A DNA stretch of 64,000 nucleotides from assembly GCA_028023455.1 (NCBI GenBank), contig JAQFVV010000005.1:7006001-7070000 (forward strand). The letters run 5' to 3'. Below, in pieces: positions 11,601 through 24,405 of this stretch; the stretch's first letter is position 1; every line of letters begins with the position of its first letter. Below the pieces are notes generated by a model. The model ran no database searches, was not told the origin of the DNA, and worked only from the letters and a program-made list of their open reading frames with translations. The DNA is from Epiperipatus broadwayi. Its lineage: Eukaryota; Animalia; Onychophora. Both the position numbers and the translations under genes were made by a program.

Positions 11601-14600
11601 ACTTTTTTTTATGAATTCAGCCTAAATAATGTGGACTCAAGAATAATTACTGCTTTGAATCTAAATGAATTCACCTTATTGTTGGTAGAGATATCTATGT
11701 ACTAAGCATAGAGTATTTGTATTTTATTACACGGCATGGGTATAATTTTAATTAGTGGTCAGTACCTTTTTAATCGTATGTAATTCAAAAGTCCAATTAA
11801 TAACATGATGAATGATTATTTCATAATGATAATTGTCTTTTTAATCTTTCAGATTAATTCTGTCTTTACATAATGAGTGTATTTTTTTGTGAATTCTCAA
11901 ACATTAATTTGAATTGAATATTCACTTAGTATTATTCATAATTAAAACTAAAACTGTGAAGTGAGTTTGTTGGACAGTAAACCTGATTTATTGTGATTTA
12001 TCTTTTCTAGCATCCATTGTAGTAATGATTCTTTTTACTTCACTAAAAAAAAAAAAAATTAAGCAGCATGATAAAACTATATTGTTATAGAAATGGTGTT
12101 TAATGTTGGGTTTTACAATGAATTTCTAATATAACTGAAAGAAGAATGGATATTTGTTTCAAAATTTTATTTTAAATGTAATAAACATTTTTCTCTCTTG
12201 CTAATTGCTGTTTTAATAATAAAAAAACTATTTGTTCAAAATTAGAACCTACTATTTCAGTAACTAATTAGATGTATGCCCAATTATCTATATAGCAATG
12301 ATAATTAGTGTGCCAATCAATAATAATGAAAAATTCATTTTGCAATAACAATCCACATAATTCTTGTCATCAACAAAAAAAAAAAGAACTGTTTACCATT
12401 GTCAAATTATTTGCCAGTATAATTTTTGCTTTTGGCTTCTATTTAGTAGGGAACATAGTTTGTCATGTAGCCACTAGAGGGAGATCAATAAGCAGCTAGT
12501 ATTTTAAGGATCACTTTGGCATTAACGTCTGGAATCTATTAATTATACATGATTATATGCATAATTCAAAGATAGAATAAGCAAGAGAAGTCATTGTGGA
12601 GATGTAATTTTAATATACTATGTCTAAATATGCTAGCATACCATTAATGGTGAAGTTAAGGTACAACTCATAATATTAAGTGGCTGAGTGCTTTTGAGTA
12701 GTTTATCTTCTTATAATCATAGCGAAAAAATTATCTGAAAAAGGTATAATATATAGGCAATGAATATTTAAATATATGCAAAATAATAGATTAGAAAGTC
12801 TATTTTTTGGAGAGGGGAAAGCATGCTTCCTTTTGGTTTATAGCATGGATGTTATTAGCTATATGCCATGCTTCTTTGATTTTATGTCTGGAGACATGGC
12901 ATTCTTTACATGTGTTAGAAGTGGAGGAAGATTCAAATGTATGGCTGATAGACCTTTGATGTTCTGAAAAGATGGAATAATATTCAGGTTTATTAAGAGC
13001 TCTTATATAACTACCAATGTTGAGAGACGTGTGTGAATAGAGTTGATGCACAGGATTCACCATAGTATAGAGCATTGCAACTGATTTGAGGGCATAGGAT
13101 CTTGTACTTTGTGTGAGGAATCTAATCAGAGGGTAGGTGTTTTGAATTATTAATTACTCTATTGGTTGAAGGAGTGTAGGGTATGAAAACATAGCTTAAA
13201 TAAAAGAGAAAATGTTTTAATTATAGTAATTATATATATTTTATTTTTTGAATTTTGGATTGTTTCTTCAATAAATGTCTTCCATTACATTTTTCTGAAC
13301 TTTATTGCTTATTTTAGGATCATGTTATTGGCAAAAAATTAAGATTTTTATCATAAATTTTTTGAATTTCTGTCTTTATATACACTTCTATTGATCAGTA
13401 TAATTTAATTCTTTATGTTTGCATTTTGTTTTATATTTCAACACAAATTTCTTAAAATCACATTTTTCAAAATAATAAGAACCATTGTTCTTTAAAAAAA
13501 TATATTGTCTCATCTAAAATATTTTTAACAATGCTTTATTTTTTTTTTTGTTTAGGTTGGCCATAATTCATATTAAAAAGGGCTGCATTTCTAAACATCA
13601 ATGATAGTGCTCTATGAAAATTTATAGTTTTAATCACTGAAGCTGAAACATATGTTGGATAAACCTATCTTCAATGATTTATACCAATTTACTATTAAAA
13701 GTGTGACATTGTAAAGTTATTTGCAAATGATTTTAACTATCTTTTTGTATAGACTTTGATCACAGTTTACTGTCATCTTTAGTAAATAATCATTATGAAT
13801 TATATAAAGTCTATATTATATAAATTGCTAGTCATTTTAAAGAAAAAATATTTGTATGCAAAAAATTATTTGAAAAGTATAATATCATTAAAAGTTGTAC
13901 AATTAGAAGTTAATAGAAGTAAATAATTGATAAGTGAATTATACTTATAGAAAATAATTTTTTTAAATTTGAAATTTTAAATATCTTGAAATATAGAGAG
14001 GACAAAGATAAATGTTATTTTAAAATATTGGAAATATAAGGTCTTTAAAAACATTTGAATTGAAATTGTCCTGTTTATATAAATAATACAGTTAAATTTT
14101 TTTAAGAAGCTATTGACAGTCTGTCAATGAGAAGCAAATGTGAATTTAAGGAGAATTTTTTTCCAAAATTAATGTATGATTAAAAAGTTTTTTTTTTAAA
14201 AAAAAATATATTTAACTAAGATATCAAATTTACAGATATTTTTGCTAATTTGCATTTTATGATGTTAATACTAAATTAACTTATTTAAATAAAAAATCTT
14301 CATTAAAACATTCATTCTAAAAATATTCCTATTTAGCATTTTTGATAATTTAATGAAAAACTATTATTCAACTATAAATTTGAATTTTAAAGTATTTATA
14401 AATATCACTCTTACAAATAATAATAATTGAAAACTATTACTTTATTCTGGTCAACTATTGTTAGTAAGTTTTGTTTGATATGAATTTCATTCCAAATATT
14501 TCTAACAAATTTAAAAAATTTAGATTAATAAATTTTTTTTTATCAATATATTTATCAGTGAAAACTGCTATACAAAATGATTTTAGTAAGTTTTTAAAAA

Positions 14601-14689
14601 TGGATAAAACTATGGAGAAAAGAAAAATTACCTGATTATATGATTTAAGCTGTATAAACCTGTTAGTTTAAATTTTATAAAATAATTAT

Positions 14690-15710
14690 TGCAGTAGAAA
14701 AATCTGACCATTATGGCATTTATGATTATAATAATATTGCTATTAAAAGTAATTTTAAAATTCATAAAAGAAGGCATTGAGATGAAAAATTTTTCTGTTG
14801 AAATATATTACTAGAACTTTTGAGAAAAAAATATTTAAAAGTGCATTAAAGAACATGTATAGGAAAAAGTATTTCCATTGCAATATTTAACTGAGAGCAA
14901 AAGTTCAAAAAATGCATAGAAAAACATACAAGTATAAAACTTTTTCATGGTGGGATTTCAAAATTGCTATTAAAAATAGGTTAAAAAGTAATCAAGTCCA
15001 CAGACATGAGGCAAATGCTTCCAATGTAACTTTTGTGATTGTTAAACTACTATAAAAAGAAGATTAAAATGCATGAAAGAACACATTCTGAAGAAATCTT
15101 TTCTACTGGGATTTGCAGAAGTATGAAATAGCCAGGAAAATTACTTTTTAAAACATGAATGAACAGATACCAAAGAAAAATTTTATCATTGTAACTTGTA
15201 TAATTTTATTATAAATTTTACTTTAAAATTCTTCAAAGCGTGGATACAGGAAAACAAATACAAAGAAAAATTTTATCATTGCAACTTGTATAATTTTATT
15301 ATAAATTTTACTTTAAAATTCTTTAAAGCGTGGATACAGGAAAACAAACATTCCACTACATATTATGTGATTATAAAATTGCTGCTCTTTGATGTAAATA
15401 AAACAGTCACAAAAAAATTACATACATGAGAAAAATCTTTCAAATGCAGCATATGTAAGTATAAGACTGATGTTGAGAATTAGTTAATCATTTTATTGCA
15501 TTTGCTAAGATTTCAAAACTGTTTTTAAAATGGTTTAAGATACATGAAGCAACACAAGCTAAAAACAAAGTTTTTCAGTTATTTACATGATAATAAAGTG
15601 GCCAATAAAAGTAGTGTTCAGAAATGTTGAAAGAACACATAGAGGAGGAAAATCAATTTAATATCGTTTCTGTAGTTACAAAATTGCAGTGATAAATAAT
15701 TTAAGAAAGC
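14690..15710 (+). pseudogene. Run of decayed C2H2 zinc-finger repeats directly upstream of the intact ORF
   Basis: Fragments such as YDYNNIAIKSNFKIHKRRH (~14730), FQCNFCDC*TTIKRR/MHERTHSEE (~15020-15095), FKCSICKYKTDVEN* (~15440) and FCSYKIAVINNLRKHE (~15670-15715), broken by stops and frameshifts. Confidence 0.75.
15171..15350. repeat. Near-perfect tandem duplication, 2 x 90 bp
   Basis: The unit CAAAGAAAAATTTTATCATTG...GATACAGGAAAACAAA starts at 15171 and again at 15261, with only 2-3 differences. Confidence 0.9.
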
Positions 15711-17351
15711 ATGAAAATACATACAGATAAAAAAACATTTCTTTGTAATTTTTGCAAGTACAAAACTGCATTGAAAAATAATTTTAAAAGACATGAAAGA
15801 ACTCATACAGGAGAAAGACCACACCACTGTAACTTTTGTAATTACAAAGCTGCTACAAAATCAAGGTTGAAAGTTCATGAAAGAACACATACAGGAGAAA
15901 AACCATTCCAGTGTAAATTGTGCGATTACAAATGCACTGTAAAAAAAAATTTAAAAATTCATGAATATTCTCACACAGATGTAAAACCATTTCATTGTAA
16001 TTTTTGCAATTACAAAACTGGAGCAAAAGATAGTTTTAAAATGCATCAAAGAACACATACAGGAGAAAAACCATTTCATTGTAGCTTCTGTGATTACAAG
16101 GCCAATGTGAAAAAATATTTAAAAATTCATGAATATTCTCATACAGGGGAAACACCATTTCATTGTAATGTTTGTGATTACAAAACTGCAGCCAAACATA
16201 ATTTTAAAAGGCATGAGAAAAGACATACAGGACAGAAACCTTTCTACTGCAACTTTTGTGATTACAAAGCTGCTGAGAAAGCACGGATAACAATTCATGA
16301 AAGAATACATACGGGTGAAAAACCTTTCCAATGTAGTTTGTGTGATTACAAGACCAGTGAAAAAAAACAATTAAAAATTCATAAATATTCTCACATAGGA
16401 GTAAAACCTTTTCATTGTAATTTTTGTGGGTACAAAACTGCATTGAAAAGCAATTTGAAAATACATGAAAGAACACACACAGGAGAAAAACCGTTTCACT
16501 GTAGCTTTTGCAATTATAAAGCAGCTATGAAAACAAATTTAAAAGTGCATGAAAGAATACATACAGGAGTAAAAAATGTATTTCAGTGTAGCTTGTGTGA
16601 TTACAAAACTATTGAAAAAACTCAATTAAAAATTCATGAATATTCTCACACAGGTGTAAAACTTTTACATTGTAATTTGTGTGATTTCAAAACTGCAATG
16701 AAATATAGTTTAAAAAAGCATAAAAGTAAACATACACAAGAAAAACTTTTGCACTGTTGCTTTTGTGAATACAAAGCTACGGAGAAAAAACTTTTAGAAA
16801 TACATGAGAAAACAACACATTCAGGACAAAATCCATTCCAATGTACCTTGTGTGAATACAACACCATTGAAAAAAATCTCTTAAAAATTCATAAATATGC
16901 TCACACAAGTGAAAAACACTTCCAGTGTAATATTTGTGATTACGAAACTGCATATAAAAGTACCTTTAAAAGGCATCAAACAACACATACAAAAAAAAAT
17001 CTTTTCGAGAGCACTTTTTGTAAATATAGTGCTTCTGTAACATATGATATAAAAATTCATGAATTAAAATTTGGAGAAAGCCCTTGCCAATGCACTTTAT
17101 GCGATTATAAAATTGTTTCTCAGAATGGTCTGATTAAACTTAATACATATGTTCTAGCGAATTATTCTTCTTTAAACATGAAGCAGAATGAACAAGAAAT
17201 GACAAACATACCAAAAGATAGTATAAATAGTGAAATGTTTAAGTGTAGTTTATGTGATTATAAAAATGCTGAAAATAATGTTTTGAGAAGTCATGAAGCT
17301 AGTCATTTCACTGATTATGACACTGTTAGTTTTCTCATTCAATTGGGATGA
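15711..17351 (+). CDS. Multi-C2H2 zinc-finger protein (15 intact tandem fingers, 2 degenerate, 1 separated C-terminal finger)
   Basis: Uninterrupted 546-aa ORF with a 28-aa CxxC-x12-HxxxH periodicity and TGEKP-type linkers. No effector domain (KRAB/ZAD/BTB) seen. The true 5' end is uncertain because an in-frame TAA lies at 15702-15704. Confidence 0.9.
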   Translation: MKIHTDKKTFLCNFCKYKTALKNNFKRHERTHTGERPHHCNFCNYKAATKSRLKVHERTHTGEKPFQCKLCDYKCTVKKNLKIHEYSHTDVKPFHCNFCNYKTGAKDSFKMHQRTHTGEKPFHCSFCDYKANVKKYLKIHEYSHTGETPFHCNVCDYKTAAKHNFKRHEKRHTGQKPFYCNFCDYKAAEKARITIHERIHTGEKPFQCSLCDYKTSEKKQLKIHKYSHIGVKPFHCNFCGYKTALKSNLKIHERTHTGEKPFHCSFCNYKAAMKTNLKVHERIHTGVKNVFQCSLCDYKTIEKTQLKIHEYSHTGVKLLHCNLCDFKTAMKYSLKKHKSKHTQEKLLHCCFCEYKATEKKLLEIHEKTTHSGQNPFQCTLCEYNTIEKNLLKIHKYAHTSEKHFQCNICDYETAYKSTFKRHQTTHTKKNLFESTFCKYSASVTYDIKIHELKFGESPCQCTLCDYKIVSQNGLIKLNTYVLANYSSLNMKQNEQEMTNIPKDSINSEMFKCSLCDYKNAENNVLRSHEASHFTDYDTVSFLIQLG

Positions 17352-19629
17352 CAGAGTTTAATTTTGATTATTTGATAATGTTTATAAAACTTTCAGCATT
17401 AAAATAAAACAAATGTTCTTTATCTACCAATAAAATGATTAAAAATTTTTTCGAGTTTATGCAAAAAGGTCATCTGTCTGCTAGAATTTATTACATTCAC
17501 TAGCGTAATGTGACATGACCATGTGAAATTTTGATTTTGAAGATTAGCTTATAATGATTTTATTAGCAGATGTCTGCTTTTATTTATTTAAGAAGTTGAA
17601 TTATTTATTATGGAAATAATATTAAAATAAATATGATGGGTGAATAGACTTAATAAAAGTGAAATCTATGATTTAAAAATGACACCTTGTGAATATTTAA
17701 TTTAACTTCATTTTATATTAAACACAGATGTAGATAATTAAAATATAAGAACTTTGGAAATTAAAATTTAGAAAAGAATGAAAGAATATAAATTCAATTT
17801 TTTGAAAGTATTTGCGAAATAGAAAATAATTTATTAAGAAATAAATGCATTACAATAAAGTGGAATTGAATTGGTCAATTATTTCATGGAAAGCCAAGTA
17901 GGAAAATATTTTGAAAAAGACTGAAAAAAAAAAAGTAGTAAATTAAAAGTAGAGCAAGGGCTAGAACGGCTTGGAGATGGAAATTTAGTTTGATGTATGA
18001 TAAAAAGTTTTGAAGTGAGTTTAATTACATAATTATTTTTTCCATTTTATTTTAAGAGGCTGTTTTAAAAAATGTTAATTTTCTATGTGTATAATAATTA
18101 TTTGTAATGTAGTAGATATTACTCTCCAACATATTTTTAATCAAGAGCAGTTTGTTTTACTTTACTCTAGATCCATCTACTGTAGGCCTGAGTAGAAGTG
18201 TATTAAAGTTTCAGTTCTCTACTGATTTCAATCTTTTGCCTTCTTCAAAAGTAACTTAAAATAAATGTTGAAGCAAATGCATTTACACATGTATCATTCC
18301 TCTTTTATTTACATATGATTTTTTGATTTCTATGGAAATTTTAAATGATTTATTAATGATTTTGTTTTATACTAACTATAATTAGCTCTAATATTTGCCA
18401 TTTTTTCTTACACAGGATTCTGCAAAACCTGTTTTAATTTCATTTTTAACTATGAAAACTTTAATATAATTGATAAAAAGTATTTATGATATTTGAAAAT
18501 AACTAATGAAATACAACATCACTTGAATTTTTTTTAATCTAGCATCATTTATCTTAATCAGTGTACATAGAGGTTGCAGTTATGTATCTGGCATATGTTT
18601 AATTTCCTTTATATAAAAAACCTGAAATTAAAACAAAGCAAAATTTTGAATTCTTGACAACCTACTTGTATCATTAAAAAACTGAGGTAGCAATGGAAAT
18701 TACAATCTAGTAAACAATGACATTTCTTGAGTTTATAATAGATAGGGCTAATATAAAGAAAAAATGACTGCTATTATTTGCAATACACAATGATTATTAA
18801 TGAGTTCTATTATAATAGTGTATATAATGGGTATATGCATATTACAATTTTATGTGTTATAAAAAGATGAAATTGAGTTTCTACGTGACTAAAGTATATG
18901 TCTGCATTTTAATTAAATAAAGCAACATGTTAATGATTGTATAATTTATATATCACTTTAAAATAGAGAAAGTAACTTTCTGATATATACAATAGTTTTA
19001 ATTGTAATGGTAACAAACAGTAATATATAGGATTTATATAGGCATTCTTCGATTACATCTGCTCAACTTCTAAAGAAAAACAGATCAATGTAAGGCAGTT
19101 GTTTATTATATTATTTTTAAATGGTTTTATAAGAATAACTTCTTGTAATTTTTTTATTTTATGATGTTTCTTCATGCAATATTTTTGTATGATCTGAATT
19201 AAAAGTAAAATAAAATTTTTCACAATGAAATAAATCTAAAGCCATATATATTAGACTGATTATTTGTAATCTTTTTATATGATTATAAATTAGATGATGT
19301 TAAGGCTCATTTAATTTTATTTTAAATGTGTCTTAATTCATCAGTGTATAATTTTTTCATCCAAATATAATAATGATTCAACAAATATGATTTTTGCATC
19401 ACATAATTTGATAAATAATATTGTTTTTTTGTTTATAGAAATAATATTTTTAGAATTAGTAATTATACTGTTTACCTTTGGAGGGCCATAAAATAGAATA
19501 TTGTATTTGTTATTGATTTTTTTTTTTTATAAATGTAGATTGGATATTTTTTTTAGAAATATAGATTGAATATTTTATTTAAAAAGGCATAGATATCCAC
19601 TTACACAAAGTTCAATAAAAATGAAGTGA

Positions 19630-20800
19630 CATACAGAAAGTATTAAAGAAAGAAAAATAAAAGAAGCTATATTAATAAGAAAGATAAAACGAGAATTTAA
19701 TAGAGATTCTGGGATTAGGATGAGATTGGTATAGTTATAGTTATTAAATAAGATATATAGAGGTAAATATGTAAAGAGATAATTGTTTATAAATGAGTTG
19801 GGGATGATAAAAAATGGTTAGATTAAATAGGAGTATAAATGTGGGTATATTTACAGATATTAAATAATAGAAAAATAATAAATAAATAAATACACTTAGC
19901 ATAATATTTACATATAAAACTATAATAAAAATTTATGAGAATTATATAATAAAAATTAAAGTATATAAAATAAAAAAATATATGTAAATAAAGTTGTAGC
20001 GAATATATATATAAAAACATATAAATCAGTATAATATAAATTTATGAGAATTATATAATAATAGTAAAAGTTAAAGTGTATAAAATAAAATAAATATATA
20101 TAAATAAAGAGTTGTAGGGGATATATATTTAGTTTAAATAATATGTAATAGAGGGAGCTAGGGTATAAGATTATTTTTTGAAAAAAAAAAACGATTTTTT
20201 TTTTATTTAGAAGATCAAAATGAACTTGGTAAGTTTAAAGATTATAATGTTTATAGGTTTTAAATATTCAGAAATAATAATAAATATAAAATATTATTTT
20301 TTAAAAGAAGAATGAGTAAGGAAATAATAAATATTATATGATTTAAAATTAAAAGAATTTTAGTTACTAATCATAAAGTTTAAGTTTATGAAGAATAGAG
20401 GTAATTAGTAGATTGTCAATAATAATATTTAGTATATTTAGATTAATAGTTGTCCTTGAATGTATATATGTATAAAGTTAGGAATACACATGTATAAATT
20501 ATATTTATTTTCTATTTATGTTGTACATTTTATTTTATATTAATTGTTTTATTTGGATTTGATTATTTATTTTAATTTTTTTAATATATATATTTTATGT
20601 TGTTTTTAATTTTTTATTGTTTAAACTTTTTATGGTGTTATTATATAGTTATGTTGTTTTTTGTTTTTTTATTTTGTTCATTATATCTTAGCTCTGAAGA
20701 AGACTGCAGGTCAGTCGAAACGTAGATGTATATATATGTACAAATAAAGAGTTTTGCTAAAAAGTGTTTGAAGCGGTTTGGATAAATTGTATATTTAATT
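19630..20800 (+). mobile_element. 3' end of a Penelope-like element (EN C-terminus + terminal repeat)
   Basis: 19630-19734 translates HTESIKERKIKEAILIRKIKREFNRDSGIRMRLV* (typical PLE RKIKEAIxI...NRDxG ending). It is followed by ~1 kb of AT-rich sequence with an internal ~110-bp duplication, an HHR motif and AATAAA. Confidence 0.7.
20689..20730 (+). ncRNA. Minimal type-I hammerhead ribozyme motif (stem I degenerate)
   Basis: CTGAAGA (20694-20700), extra A, stem II GACTG/CAGTC, GAAA, palindromic ACGT, and a GUA triplet. Same family as 4587-4620. Confidence 0.65.
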
Positions 20801-21319
20801 GTGATGAAAGTCAGACGTTTTGCTATTTACTTAATTTACAAAATAAAAATACATCATAGTAATTTTATATTTATTTTTTTAGAGAATACAAAATATATAT
20901 AAATGTGTCCCCACAATTTAATATTAATAGCTATTTTTTAAAAAATTTTGTTTACTATCTGTCTTATATATATATATAAAACATTTGTGTTATATATATA
21001 TTTGTGTGTGCATGATGAAAAATACTGTATCCTTGCAATTCAATAAACAATATGTATTGTAGGTAATTCAAATTTATCAAAAAAACTGCTCATTATATGC
21101 TATGTACAATGTGAAAGAATATAAGGTATATTTTGATTTCACTGTATTTTCAGTATTATTAAGATTTTCATTACTTAAAACATCTTTTTCATTTTTTAGC
21201 CATTTTATATTTGTCATAAAAGATGTCAAGGGAATATTATCACATATATTTTAACAAATTTGCATTAAATTTTATTTTAAATTTATTTATTGAAATATGT
21301 ATATTTATAGATTCTAGAC

Positions 21320-23500
21320 CAGACATGTCAAATTCGTTTATCACCAAGGGCTACATGAACTAACATGGACTGCATTGCAATAAAATACAGAAATTAAAGA
21401 AAACATATTTATTATTAACATTGTAGTTTTACATATAAAATAACATGACAAAATTTAACTATGTTAAAAAACACATATAAAGTACAGAAGCTGTTTTCCA
21501 AATCAACATTTATTTAATTCAATAATATTGCATTATTTTTTAGAAGAAACTTGGCATCGTTTTTCATTAACCAACTCTTCAAAATATGTTTGAATTTGTT
21601 GAGCTGTAGATACTTTTAAAATTGGTTGTATAAGCTGAGCCATTAATTTTGTTCTTTCTAGTCTTATTGTTTTTTAAAATTGAAAATAATTGTTCGCACA
21701 AATTTGTGCTGCCTAACATGGCTAAAATACACCTAATGGCACACAATATATTGGGAAATTGGTTGATTGATAAATAACTATAGAAAGTTGGATATTTTTG
21801 TTTCAATATGGATTCACATTGAATTTCAATTAATTCCAGTTGTAAATTATCATTCTCAGTGTCAACACCAATTGATAGAGGAGTAATAGATGAAATTGAG
21901 TTTCACATTTTTGAAATCTGAAACCAGCTGATGAATTCATTTTTTAATATTGCAATTTAACTAGTTTATTCTGAAAATTCCAACCCGATTTTTGTAATAG
22001 TAATTGGCAATATTTAAAATAAGATATATTTTTATTTTGAAGTTGTTTTTTTTCCAAAGTAATAATTTTTGTTTGAAAACATTAATATTGTTAAATAAAA
22101 TTGTAACTGTATGATGTTTGCCTTGTAGTTTAAGATTAAGTTGACTAAAGTGATATCTAATGTCAACTAAAAAAGCTGAGCCCTTTATCCATTGAACCTC
22201 TTATAATATTCCACATTCACAATTTTTGATTCTAAAAAAATAGTAATTTTATCCAGCAGTTCAAAGAATTGCTTCAAAACATTATGACTGAAAAATCATA
22301 TAATTTCTCTATAATAAGGAAGATCAGTATATTCACTTCCTGTATCTTCTAGAAATTTAACAAAGTGATGATAATTAAGGGCATATGCTCAAATATAATA
22401 TAGAATTTTAGTAACATGTTTCAGCACGTGTCCAATATTTTAAACTTTGGAGCATAATGTTTGCTGATAAATACAATGAAAATGTTGAAAATAGTCATTA
22501 CCTTCTTTGCATTTTTCTTTTAATTTTGTAACAACTCCATTAAGAACACCAATAATGGCAGGTCTACCATCAATTACAAGATAAAGTAGGTTTTTTTTTT
22601 CCATAGGTCATAGCATCGGCCGGGAGGCGAACCTGCAACAACTGTCTGCAACCAACTGCTTGCTTGCAAGGCAGCTTCGTTGACCTCTCAGCTAACAACA
22701 AATTGTATTGAATCAAAACTTTCATAAGATTGTCAAAAATATCAATATCTATAGTTGTATCATGCATATGAATAAGTTCTAGAAGTTTTTCACTAAAATT
22801 CAAGTTTACATCTCTCTTGAATAAAAACAACTAATTGAATGGTATTCTGTACATCTGTACTTTAATCAATTGCAATGGAATAAGTCTCAGTTATCCAAAT
22901 TATTGATTTTAGTTCATTCCTTAAATTCTTGGCTAAATCATCAATTCTATTAGCAATAGTATTTTGAGGTAAACATATTTTTGTACTTTAATTGTTCTGG
23001 ATCAACACTTCTACTGATTTAACAATGCATTCACAAATAAAGTCCCTTTCAGAAAATGGTTTTGACTTGCTTGCAATTAAGTGTGTTAAAAAGTAGCTAG
23101 TTTTAACAATAGCCTCATTATCCTCAGTAGGCTTGGTAAATGCACATTGTTAGCTTAAATTCTAACATTTTATCTCATTGAAGTTTCCCAATGTATTTGT
23201 TATAGCATTCTTTATGATTTGTGTCATAGTACCTTTTGAAATTATATTCTTTGCAAACTGTGGTGAAGTTTCTATACATCAGACATAAAAATTTATTTTT
23301 TCTTCAATAAAAAAAAAATGTAATTTACATTTTTCTCCAATGCATCATTTTTTATTTATACTTCTAAATAGCTTCAACATTGTTACGAATTTTTAATAAT
23401 TTGCAAGAAAACACTATCTGTATACTTTCTTTCACCTTCAGAGTCCAGTTAAATTGTCAGAGTGACACAGACATTATCCACTTTATCTAAGTCCCAGAAC
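21320..23500 (-). mobile_element. hAT-superfamily DNA transposon fossil (Charlie/GTF2IRD2-like transposase pseudogene)
   Basis: Minus-strand pieces read SKPFSERDFICEC, YSIAID*STDV..TIQLVVFI, VIDGRPAIIG..HCIYQQTLC, DLPYYREI and the hATC dimerisation motif FPNILCAIRCILAMLGSTNLCEQLFSILK. Terminal CAGACATGTCAAA at 21320 is preceded by TTCTAGAC. The second TIR was not found. Confidence 0.9.
22591..22700 (-). mobile_element. Short tRNA-derived SINE, copy 2, nested in the hAT transposase
   Basis: Same family as 552-659. It interrupts the transposase reading between ...QYNL and LLYLVIDG.... Confidence 0.75.
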
Positions 23501-24291
23501 TGCTTCACACACAATCAATAATGTACCTCATATGTTTATAATTCCAGTGCACAATGTTACCTGAAATACATATCCATATTAAATCACCTAAGATGTTAAG
23601 GGCATAGCTGAAAATTTCTTAACATTTGAAATAGACATATATTGGGAATCAAGATGTACTTTAGAAAAAAAGAATTTAAATTTGCTCTATAATAATACAA
23701 AAAGAATTACAAATAATCAGTCTAATACTTCATCCATTTTCATTGACTATGAAATACAGTATTTTATAACTTTAAATTTATCTTTAACTCAGAATATTAC
23801 ATGAAGAAAGACATTATAGAAATAGAAAAATTAAAGATGCAATTCTTATAAAACAATTTAATGAGTATAATAGACAATAAATTAATATTGATTTACACAA
23901 TTCCTGGAAAATAACATCTTTTTTTTTGTCTATTAAAGTTGAGTTGATAATGATTATAAAGTAATCAAAAAGACTTCTATATAAATTCATATTACTGTTT
24001 ATTTTTTACCATTATAATTTAAAACTATTACGTCTAGTATATTTTAGTGATTAAATTATATATATATGTATTCAAGGGAAATATGAAAATTCGATTTATT
24101 GTAAGTTTTATGTGATTAGAAAATAAATTGTTGTGTCCTTATTTATTCTAAAGACCATCAATTTTCATTATAGTATTACATCGCAAAATTAAATTAAACA
24201 AAAAATCTGAATATATAAAATGATAATCTTGTAATTTTTTTTATTGTTAGTGATGTTTAAATACTTGGAACAGCTGCTGAAGTTAAGTTTC

Positions 24292-24405
24292 TTTTTTTTT
24301 TTTCCATGTGTCATAGCATCGGCCGGGACGTGAACCCACAACCGTCTGCAACCAACTACTTGCTTGCATGGCGGCTGCGATACCTCTCGACTAACAACGC
24401 AAGAC
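24292..24405 (-). mobile_element. Short tRNA-derived SINE, copy 3, with TSD
   Basis: Same family. Flanked by AAGTTAAGTTTCTT (24280-24293) and AAGTTGAGTTTCTT (24406-24419), a 13/14 match. The 5' GCGTTG can pair with the 3' CGATGC as an acceptor-like stem. Confidence 0.8.

Noticed and set aside
11490-12490. CTCF-like motifs CCACTAGATGG (~11495) and CCACTAGAGGG (~12472)
   Set aside because: Partial motif matches only, not distinguishable from chance without ChIP data.
12600-13200. Relatively GC-richer segment with MLPFGL and CTLCEES peptides, possibly a LINE remnant
   Set aside because: The motifs are isolated and not collinear with a known RT layout.
13633-13660. CTGAAG-CT-GAAA-CATATGT-T-GGAT, hammerhead-like with a palindrome
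   Set aside because: Stem II is absent, the core is incomplete and there is no PLE context.
16119-16867. Antisense ORFs overlapping the zinc-finger gene
   Set aside because: They are shadow frames of the repetitive ZF coding sequence.
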